Shown here: positions 9,316 to 16,548 of the stretch, one piece after another
Position numbering within the stretch: position 1 is the first letter of the stretch
Layout of the letters: every line of letters starts with the position of its first letter
Source of the DNA: Chloroflexota bacterium
Lineage (GTDB): Bacteria; Chloroflexota; Anaerolineae; VGOG01
Length of the DNA stretch: 64,000 nt
Direction: 5' to 3'
Assembly: GCA_030611885.1 (NCBI GenBank)
Contig: JAUWOY010000007.1
Span: forward strand, 19,750-83,749
Translations under genes and position numbers: made by a program
Notes under the pieces: model-generated
The model's database searches: none
Seen by the model: only the letters and a program-made list of their open reading frames with translations
What the model was told of the DNA's origin: nothing

Positions 9316-10003
9316 TTAGTCGGGCTCCTCCCGAGATGCTCTGCCCGAGTTGTGATGGGTCGTGCTGTTTCGTGCCGTGAAGCTGCCGCCTGTGCCTCCT
9401 TGAATGGCAGCAGGTGGACAAGCTTTTTGAAACGCTGCTCGGCAATCTCTGCTTTGCCCTTGTCAGAGAACACGTCTATGAGAAATCTATCTACTCCCTT
9501 GAGAAAGGCTTCAGCGAGAGCTCGAATGGATACTATAACCAGATCCGTTGAAACCGCAGGGTTATAGGAAACCTCGGGAACTGACTGATCCACATACCCC
9601 ACTTGCCGACACTTTCCCTCACGACTCAAACGTGAAGCAATGCTGTAGCTATACCTGTTAAGGTTGAAAACCGATGTTTTTTGACCTAACGGTAGCAACA
9701 AAAACGTCAGTTTCTATCCTTAACGAGTATATGTAGCATTCCACACCGAGCACCATATAAATCGAGACCAGTAAGCTGTTCCGTACAGGGAAAGCGAATG
9801 TACTTCTCAGCCCACTCGATGAAGTTCTCTCGCTTTACATCCTCCTGATTGACTGGCATGTTTAGGTATGCCATTGTGTCGATACCTGAATAGATGAGAA
9901 TCACTGCGGCGGCGTAACACTCATTCTCCAGAGCAATTCGTATGCCCCTTTTTATGCCCTTGTAAACAACGTTTATGATTGGATCTCTGCTCAAGTCTAT
10001 CAT
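9309..10003 (-). pseudogene. hypothetical gene split by a 68-nt palindromic insertion (tracked ORFs 9707..10003 + 9309..9701)
   Basis: Removing 9657-9724 joins codon 93 of the first ORF (CTC, 9727-9725) in frame to codon 16 of the second (AGG, 9656-9654). This gives one ~208-aa ORF reading ...LYGARCGMLHIL|RYSYSIASRLSREGKC... Confidence 0.6.
9657..9724. mobile_element. 68-nt MITE-like palindromic element with 7-bp terminal inverted repeats
   Basis: Minus sense: GTTAAGG...GAAACTGACGTTTTTG...CAAAAAACATCGGTTTTC...CCTTAAC. The length is not a multiple of 3, which accounts for the frame change between the flanking half-ORFs. Confidence 0.6.
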
Positions 10004-10029
10004 GTGATAAATGCTTTCGCAGCGTGCCG

Positions 10030-10142
10030 GTCGTCAGGGTAGAAACGCTGGTTGCCCGATGCCCCCCACAGATTCCGATGTGCGGGTTCACGCACGGTTC
10101 TGAATTGGCGGCGGGGTGGGCGACCGCCCCGCCGACCATAAC
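10030..10142 (-). repeat. E115 element copy D
   Basis: Core GTTCACGCACGGTTCTGAATTGGCGG. Hairpin GGCGGGG/CCCCGCC. Starts immediately after the TAA stop of 10143..10832. Confidence 0.85.
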
Positions 10143-10832
10143 TTAGGCGACCGCCGATTCCATCTCCTCTACGTCAAGAAATACGTGAAGAACGTATTCG
10201 GAAAGCCTGTGCTGCTTCCGGATTCCGAGAAACGACTCCAAGAGTTTGATCGCAGCCTCCCATTCCGATTGGGTACTAGGGCCATTCATCTCCTTGTCGT
10301 TGATGAAGTAGAGGAAAAGCAGGTATGCCGGAAGGTCATTAAGCTCACGGAGCAAGTAAAGGTGAGCAAGCCGGTTTGTGTACTGATAGAAACAGGTGGC
10401 CCAATCAGCGTCCGAATGTGAGCCAAGAAACCGCTTGGTTGCATTTAGACTCTCACGAATCTTGGTAAGCGATGGCTCGCTTGCTCCCGTGGGATCAGTA
10501 ACCATCTCTGGAACGTGTGCCTTTGCCTCTACAAGTATGACATCCCCTCGATCTGTCTTCGCAAGCGCGTCCCAGGCCGGGCCAAACCTGGGCCAGAACG
10601 ATGCCAGTGGCATCCTTTCTAACGTAATGCCAAGCCTGGTTATGAATTCCTGATCCCTGTACTCGGCGTAGTCATCATCCCTCAGGGGTGACAACCAGTG
10701 TACACGTTCTTCCTGAGCAAGTCCGAGTGTGGTAACAAGAACTCGATCTATCAACTCGGGATGCTCGTTCACCAATACCTGAAGCCATTTCTGACTGCCC
10801 CGCAATGCACGGTTTTGCTCCCTCCGCGACAT
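10143..10832 (-). CDS. hypothetical protein, possible PD-(D/E)xK nuclease fold
   Basis: 229 aa. ...GPAWDALAKTDRGDVILVEAKAH... resembles a D...ExK motif. No other recognisable family signature. Confidence 0.55.
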   Translation of the reverse strand: MSRREQNRALRGSQKWLQVLVNEHPELIDRVLVTTLGLAQEERVHWLSPLRDDDYAEYRDQEFITRLGITLERMPLASFWPRFGPAWDALAKTDRGDVILVEAKAHVPEMVTDPTGASEPSLTKIRESLNATKRFLGSHSDADWATCFYQYTNRLAHLYLLRELNDLPAYLLFLYFINDKEMNGPSTQSEWEAAIKLLESFLGIRKQHRLSEYVLHVFLDVEEMESAVA

Positions 10833-10865
10833 GACTATATTCCTTTCTTCCCAGTTGTTGCCCTA

Positions 10866-10894
10866 ATTATACTATGCCATCCCAGTTTCGTCAA
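10866..10894 (-). promoter_or_regulatory. near-consensus sigma70 promoter driving the accessory island
   Basis: Minus strand: TTGACG (10894-10889), 17-nt spacer, TATAAT (10871-10866), about 30 nt upstream of the ATG at 10832. Confidence 0.55.
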
Positions 10895-10969
10895 AGTGGA
10901 AACAAAAACTCCCCGCCGGAACCTAACAAGGCCAGCAGGGAGACGCCCACCAGAGCAGATGATGGATCA

Positions 10970-12037
10970 CTACTCGCCCGCCAAGCTCAGGGGAAAGGTG
11001 TGCACGTTGTCGTACTTCTGCCCCATGGTCACGTTGACGTCGCCGGTGCTCATCCCGTAAACGACCGACCATTGGGTGCTCTCCTGGGACACGTCGGCCA
11101 GGAGGTGCATGGCGTCCTGCGCGGTAAGCTGCCCTTCGGCTTCGGTGAGTCGCTGGCTGAGCTTGTCGTACCGCCAGCATTCCCCTTCGGCAGATTCGCC
11201 GGCCGAGGCGCGCAGGAAATTGGTCGCCTGATGCCAGGGCGTCTCATTGGGAATGATCACCATCTCACCCTGGTAGAACTCCACCAGCACTGACCGCCCC
11301 GACGTGTCAGCGATCAGGTAATGGATGGAGGGACCACCCTCGAAATCAATGTTGTAGCTTTGCATGATGGCGAGGGCCTGGTCCACGTTGCTGGTGTGAT
11401 CGAGCATCTGGCGGATCACCGTCAACGAGCCGATGGTCTGTTTGTTGGGATCGGGGCGCACGTTCCCCGGCGGGACGGCGGCCATGCCAACGGCCAGACC
11501 GCGCTCGTTCAGGCCGTCGAACGGCCAGAACGGGGTGTGTAAAAGCGCTCGGCGCTCGCTGAGAGGCAAGTCGGTCACGGTGCCCGCCGTGGTTTCCCCG
11601 AACCCAAAATAGGCAATGTCCACCATCGAAACCGAAGCGTACCCATCCGGCGGGTCGGTGAACAGGAGCACGGCCGGGCTGTATTCCCAGTCGAAGTTGC
11701 GGCCATAGAGCTTATGGTCCGCATCGCCGAGAGCCGCGAAGAGCGAACAGGCCCACGCCGGCAGCGATGCCGTCTCAGCGGAAGACGTCCTCTGCTCGTA
11801 TGCGCCGTAGTAGCGCATGGTGTAGAGCGGGTAGTCGTCCACCTGCTCCAGGCTGCTGAGCGTCGCGGCTTCTTCGTGCGACAGGCCATCGGCGCGAGGC
11901 TCGGCTGTTTGCGTGGTGGTCGGGGTTGAGGTCGGTGGGACGAGCGTAGGCGCAACCACAGGAGCGCTGCATCCAACCAATAGCCCCAGGATCAATGCTA
12001 GGCCAATTATCTTGTGTAGCAACTTCTGGATGTTCAT
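10970..12037 (-). CDS. choloylglycine hydrolase / linear amide C-N hydrolase family lipoprotein
   Basis: Lipobox LLVGC. Ntn-type nucleophile context AWACSLFAA and the GRNFDW motif. Confidence 0.75.
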   Translation of the reverse strand: MNIQKLLHKIIGLALILGLLVGCSAPVVAPTLVPPTSTPTTTQTAEPRADGLSHEEAATLSSLEQVDDYPLYTMRYYGAYEQRTSSAETASLPAWACSLFAALGDADHKLYGRNFDWEYSPAVLLFTDPPDGYASVSMVDIAYFGFGETTAGTVTDLPLSERRALLHTPFWPFDGLNERGLAVGMAAVPPGNVRPDPNKQTIGSLTVIRQMLDHTSNVDQALAIMQSYNIDFEGGPSIHYLIADTSGRSVLVEFYQGEMVIIPNETPWHQATNFLRASAGESAEGECWRYDKLSQRLTEAEGQLTAQDAMHLLADVSQESTQWSVVYGMSTGDVNVTMGQKYDNVHTFPLSLAGE

Positions 12038-12125
12038 CTTCTCCTTTCGCCCCCAACGTATTCCATCCGCGCAAACTTCACCTCGAAGAAGGGCGACAGT
12101 GCATTCGGGCTAGGACAGGCGTATT

Positions 12126-12584
12126 TCACGCAGGAATAGAAAAAGACTGCATCTTAGCCCTCAAGAAGCAGACCAAGCCCTCAACATCATCTGTACCGAC
12201 CCGAACGGTTTTCTTCCCCACCTGTATTCTCACGCAGTCGAAGCCCCATAGATTGTAGATCATGCCTCGGCCCAGTATCCAATGTATTCCCCATCCGTCC
12301 AGGGCGTCGGAACGCGCGGCCTCGACTTCCGTGATCGTAGAGTACGCGATCTTTGTCCGGAACACGGGAAGAGGGCCAAACCTGACGGCCAACCACTGTC
12401 CCTCATCGCGTACCGTCAGGCTCCCAAAACAAAGCCCCGCCCCTAAAAACGTGATGCCGACACCTGCAAAAATCAGAGCTGGCAAAGTTTGGCGCGAGAC
12501 AGACCACGTGAGGGTTAGGATCAATGCGCCAAGTGTGGGAAGCACCCAGAACCAAGGGGACCTTTGCGTGTGCTCATAATCCAT
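12126..12584 (-). CDS. small membrane protein, unknown function
   Basis: 152 aa with two N-terminal TM helices followed by a soluble domain. Confidence 0.55.
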   Translation of the reverse strand: MDYEHTQRSPWFWVLPTLGALILTLTWSVSRQTLPALIFAGVGITFLGAGLCFGSLTVRDEGQWLAVRFGPLPVFRTKIAYSTITEVEAARSDALDGWGIHWILGRGMIYNLWGFDCVRIQVGKKTVRVGTDDVEGLVCFLRAKMQSFSIPA

Positions 12585-12764
12585 AGTACACCTTTCCTGC
12601 TGGAGTCTGGCGAATTTCTGATGACTCTAAATATGAAGTTCGTAGTAGCGACTTTAGTCGCTTGGGCCCAATGCCGTTAAGTAAGGGGACCGCCTCAGTT
12701 ACACAGGACACTTTTCGGCGTAAATGCGCTCCTGATCAGGTCGAATCTAGCTCTAAAATTGAGT

Positions 12765-13871
12765 TTAGTCCAGCTCACCCTCCATCAACCCCAGCGGCAG
12801 GGGGGCTGGTCTTGAGCAACGGCTGGTTATCTCGATGTGCCGGCCGCTTTCCGACGATTCCTCAAAGGCGTGCATGACGTCGAGCACGTGATACGCCAGC
12901 TCGCCGCTTGCCCGGTGGGGCCGGCCGTGGGCGATGGCGTAGGCCATGTCCGCCACGCCGATTCCCCGGCCCACCTGGGAGCTGTGGGTGAGCGGCATCT
13001 CGCTCCATTCCCCGGCGCCAGCCCGACGGATCAGGACGCGACCACCAAATAAGCTGGGGTCGTGCGCACTGAGCGTGCCCTCCGAGCCATAGACCTCGAG
13101 GTGAGGCAGGTTGGCGGCCCAGATGTCGAAACTGGTGATTATCGTCGCAATCGGCCCACTGACAAAGTCGAGCGCTCCGGTAACGTGCGTGGGAACTTCG
13201 ACCGGTATTCTCCGCCCGCGATGCAGCTCGCTGGTGGCGATGCGTTCGGGGAAAGAGATGCGGGCCAGGCCGGCCACCCGCTTGACTGGCCCCAAAAGGT
13301 TGATCAGTGCAGTGATGTAATACGGCCCCACGTCGAGCATAGGGCCTGCCCCCACCTGGTAGAAAAAGTCTGGATTGGGGTGCCAGGACTCAGGGCCGTG
13401 TCCGTGACCGGGCAAAAACGCCACCGCCGCCACCGGCTCGCCGATCCAGCCGTCGTCAATCAGTTTGCGGCACGTCTGCTGACCACCGCCCAGGAAGGTG
13501 TCTGGCGCGCAGCCGACCCGCACCCCCTTTTCCTGGGCAGCGGCCAGCACCTTTTGCCCGTCTCGGCGGGTCACGGCCAGGGGCTTCTCAGAATAGACGT
13601 GCTTGCCAGCGTTGATGACCGCCAGGCTGACTTCGGCGTGGGCTTTGGGCACGGTGAGGTTGACGACGATCTGTATCTCTGGATCGGCCAACAGGTCCTC
13701 GACGGAGCAAACACGGGCGATGTCGAACTCCTCGGCCTTGGCCTCCGCTTTGCGGCGGTCAAGGTCGGCACAGGCTGCGATTTCGAGGATGTCAAAGGCG
13801 CGGCACCCCCTGACGTAGGCCTCAAAAATATCCCCCGTGCCGATGATGCCGATCTTAACTTTTGTTTCCAC
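12765..13871 (-). CDS. Gfo/Idh/MocA family oxidoreductase
   Basis: N-terminal Rossmann motif KIGIIGTGDI, EKP motif (YSEKPLA), typical length. Confidence 0.88.
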   Translation of the reverse strand: METKVKIGIIGTGDIFEAYVRGCRAFDILEIAACADLDRRKAEAKAEEFDIARVCSVEDLLADPEIQIVVNLTVPKAHAEVSLAVINAGKHVYSEKPLAVTRRDGQKVLAAAQEKGVRVGCAPDTFLGGGQQTCRKLIDDGWIGEPVAAVAFLPGHGHGPESWHPNPDFFYQVGAGPMLDVGPYYITALINLLGPVKRVAGLARISFPERIATSELHRGRRIPVEVPTHVTGALDFVSGPIATIITSFDIWAANLPHLEVYGSEGTLSAHDPSLFGGRVLIRRAGAGEWSEMPLTHSSQVGRGIGVADMAYAIAHGRPHRASGELAYHVLDVMHAFEESSESGRHIEITSRCSRPAPLPLGLMEGELD

Positions 13872-14616
13872 GGGCTAAGCCTCCTGCTACAAGGTATTGA
13901 TAGCTTTTCTCGACAGCTTCCATCATATCGGTGGCGCAGCGGTCCAGTTCCACGATCAGCCATTCCGCTGCACCCTCGGCGGCCTGGACGATGCTGGGGA
14001 AATCCAGCACGCCATCGCCGACGGCCACTTGCGGTTCGCCTTTGACGGCCGGCCCGTCCTTGATATGCAGCAAGGGAGCGCGCGGCCCAAGTTCCTTCAC
14101 CACTTGGGCGGGGTCTACGCCGACCGTCTTGACCCAGTACGTGTCAACCTCGAAAAATACGTCTGGATCCAGGTGTTCCAGCATCACCTGGTAGACGTAG
14201 CGGCCTTCGACCTGGAGAAACTCCCACCAGTGATTGTGAATCCCAAACGCCAGCCCATTTTGGGCTGCGACGGCCTGGGCCTGGTTGAACAGATCGCAGG
14301 TCTGCTTGATGAGGTGCATCGTCTCAAAGCTGTCGGGTCCTTTCCCGGAGACGATGCGCTGGCAGCCCATCGTGGCCATGAAGTCCAGCACCCTGTTGGC
14401 GTCTTCCCCGACCGGCAGGGGCGTGTGAGCGCTCGGCACCTCGAGTCCCAGCTCCCGGAAGAGCCTGGCGGCTTCTGCGGTCGTCGTCCCAGGAAGATCG
14501 AAGATGGGTTCTACACCGACGTAGCCAATGTCAGCGATCTTCTTCAACACTCCTGCAAAATCCTTGACCAGGGCTTCCCGGACGGTGTACAGTTGAAGAG
14601 CAATTGGAACAGTCAT
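13855..14616 (-). CDS. sugar phosphate isomerase/epimerase (xylose isomerase-like TIM barrel)
   Basis: Family-typical MTVPIALQLYTVRE... start. ATG 14616 is preceded by GAGGAGG, and the tracked upstream extension is unlikely. Confidence 0.82.
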   Translation of the reverse strand: MTVPIALQLYTVREALVKDFAGVLKKIADIGYVGVEPIFDLPGTTTAEAARLFRELGLEVPSAHTPLPVGEDANRVLDFMATMGCQRIVSGKGPDSFETMHLIKQTCDLFNQAQAVAAQNGLAFGIHNHWWEFLQVEGRYVYQVMLEHLDPDVFFEVDTYWVKTVGVDPAQVVKELGPRAPLLHIKDGPAVKGEPQVAVGDGVLDFPSIVQAAEGAAEWLIVELDRCATDMMEAVEKSYQYLVAGGLARGNKS

Positions 14617-14828
14617 GAGCATCCTCCTCATTATGATTTTGGCCGAGGTTCGAATCCCCGTCCACAAGCCTCAGTAGATCCAAGATTTCCAGCAGAGGCG
14701 GCTCCCATGCCGCCGGGTCGCGGGCGTGGGAGCCCGCTCTGCTCAGAATTTGGATCCACTGAGCCTTTAGAGCAAAGCCCAGCGGAAAAGGCATCCACCG
14801 GGCCCCGCTATTTGTAAAAAAGCTCCAG

Positions 14829-15425
14829 CTACTCAGCCGCCGCTCGCTGGTCGTAAAGGTGCAGTTCGGTGAGGTTGCGGACGAAGATCACCCCCACTCC
14901 GCCGACGCCCAGCGCCACCGCTTCTGGCGATGCGTGGCCGAAGTTGCCCAATAGCCAGAAGACCGGCGCCATCAGCATGGCCATGAGCATCACCGCCCGC
15001 GGGCTGTCGCGCAGCAGGAGGTAGCCTAGCCCCCACAGAGCCACGGCGATGGGCACCGCCAGCGGCTGCTGCCAGAGGAGCAGTCCCCCTAGCGTGCTCA
15101 GCCCCATCCCCCCGGCGAATCCGGCGTAGGCCGACCAGCAGTGGCCGGCCACGGCTCCCATGCCCGCTGCCGGCAGCGCCCACGAGGTCCCTGTCAACCT
15201 CACCGCCAACCAGGCGGCCAGCACACCCTTGCCCACGTCTACCAGCATGGTGACCACACCCCAGGCGATGCCAGCCAAGCGGTAGACGTTGCTCCCGCCG
15301 GTGTGACCACTGCCGTTGAAGCGCACGTCCGGCTTCCCCAACAGCCGGGTCACCAGCACGCCGGTGGGGAAAGAGCCGACGATGTAACCGAGCGCGGCAG
15401 CGATGAGCAGACGACCTATCAACAT
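14829..15425 (-). CDS. plsY: glycerol-3-phosphate acyltransferase PlsY
   Basis: GSFPTG...DVRFNGSGHTGGSNVYR...DVGKG motifs in a multi-TM ~198-aa protein. Confidence 0.85.
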   Translation of the reverse strand: MLIGRLLIAAALGYIVGSFPTGVLVTRLLGKPDVRFNGSGHTGGSNVYRLAGIAWGVVTMLVDVGKGVLAAWLAVRLTGTSWALPAAGMGAVAGHCWSAYAGFAGGMGLSTLGGLLLWQQPLAVPIAVALWGLGYLLLRDSPRAVMLMAMLMAPVFWLLGNFGHASPEAVALGVGGVGVIFVRNLTELHLYDQRAAAE

Positions 15426-15435
15426 TCTTCACTCC

Positions 15436-16371
15436 TTAACACACCACCCGTAAACGGCGCGGCAGCGCGCTCACCTCCAGCCGATGGGCGTCGGTGCGCA
15501 TGATCTCCCCATCCACGTGCACCGGCAAATCCTGCTCCGAGGCGACGACGATGTGCGCCGTCCGACCCACCGTCACCATTGGCTGCGTGGCGTGGGTGCC
15601 GCGGATGAAGTGGGGGAGCAGGCGAAAGATGCCCAGGCGGCTCACCTGACGGGCCAGCGATAGGTCCAGCAGGCCGTCGTCCTGCACCGCCTGCGGGGCG
15701 ATCATGAACATGCCTCCCGTGCGGCGGCCATTGGCCACCGAGGCCATCAGCAATGGTAACTCCTTCTCCTGCCCGTTGTAACGCACCGTGACCAGGGGCG
15801 CTTTGTAGTACAGGAAGATGGTCTTCAGCACCGCCACCAGGAAGACCAGGGACCCGCGCAGGTAGCGCAGTTTGTAGCTTTCCACCGTGGTCGCGGCGTC
15901 GAAGCCTGCGCCGAAGTTGTTGCAGAAGTAGCGCACGTTCCCCAGCTCATCTTCCACGCGGCCGACGTCCACCACCCGCGTCTTCCCGGCGGCCAGCACG
16001 CGGCAGGCAGCGGCCACGTCGCCGATGGGCACGCCCAGGCACCAGGCGAAGTCGTTGCCTGTGCCAATGGGTACGAAGCCCAGGGCCCCGGCAGCGGGCT
16101 CTCCAGCCTCCCAGGCCGGTGTGCCCAGGCTGGCTTCGATGATGCCGTTGAGCACCTCGTTGGCCGAGCCATCGCCGCCCACAGCGGCAATGATATCCCA
16201 TCCCTCCCGCACTGCCTGCGCGGCCTGGGCCACAGCCGAGCGTTGTTCCGTCGTCTCGACGATCTCGAAAGTTGCTTTCGCTTCCGTCAGCGAATGGCGG
16301 ACGACCTCCGCCGTCCGCTGGCCAGCTCCCCGCCCTGAGACGGGGTTGAGAATGACTTTGATGGTGGGCAT
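15436..16371 (-). CDS. diacylglycerol kinase family lipid kinase (YegS/BmrU-like)
   Basis: NPVSGRGAG and GGDGSANEV motifs. ATG 16371 is preceded by AGGAGG. Confidence 0.85.
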   Translation of the reverse strand: MPTIKVILNPVSGRGAGQRTAEVVRHSLTEAKATFEIVETTEQRSAVAQAAQAVREGWDIIAAVGGDGSANEVLNGIIEASLGTPAWEAGEPAAGALGFVPIGTGNDFAWCLGVPIGDVAAACRVLAAGKTRVVDVGRVEDELGNVRYFCNNFGAGFDAATTVESYKLRYLRGSLVFLVAVLKTIFLYYKAPLVTVRYNGQEKELPLLMASVANGRRTGGMFMIAPQAVQDDGLLDLSLARQVSRLGIFRLLPHFIRGTHATQPMVTVGRTAHIVVASEQDLPVHVDGEIMRTDAHRLEVSALPRRLRVVC

Positions 16372-16449
16372 TGCCCCCTCCTGATGTGCGGTGTTGCTAC
16401 AAGTATGACAACACCACAGAGTGCCTGGAGTTGCTGAGTAGAGTCGAAA

Positions 16450-16531
16450 CACTACAACGGATTTAGAAAGAGGCGGAAAACTTGTACTGAGCTCGTCGAA
16501 GTATCCGTTCCTTTCTCAATCCGTTGTAGTG
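16450..16531. repeat. ACGGATT-type palindromic element (family P1)
   Basis: CACTACAACGGATTTAGAAAGAGGCGGA ... TCCGTTCCTTTCTCAATCCGTTGTAGTG. About 28-nt arms with a few mismatches. Confidence 0.8.
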
Positions 16532-16548
16532 TCGTGGTAAATCCGCTT

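Noticed and set aside
10060-10115. Resemblance of the E115 core (GTGCG..., ...ACGCACGGTTC) to a group II intron 5' end or domain V.
   Set aside because: There is no 34-nt domain V hairpin with an AGC triad and GNRA loop. No intron-sized sequence or reverse transcriptase ORF is present. The element is only about 115 nt.
8403-10142. Integron attC sites / CALIN interpretation of the E115 repeats (co-oriented small ORFs each followed by a conserved ~115-nt repeat).
   Set aside because: The element does not fold end-to-end as attC does, with R''/L'' pairing to L'/R'. The 5' end GTTATGG has no complementary ...CCATAAC at the other end, and the structure consists of local hairpins instead. There is no intI-like integrase or attI nearby. 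One copy (791-905) lies 7 kb from the array. The idea is kept only as a loose analogy in the finding.
14641-14668. tRNA-like T-arm (GGCCGAGGTTCGAATCCCCGTCC) suggesting a tRNA gene or an integration att remnant.
   Set aside because: No acceptor 5' strand, D-arm or anticodon arm can be built upstream. The T-stem has a mismatch. It lies just upstream of the sugar isomerase start. It is most likely a chance match or, at best, a degenerate fragment.
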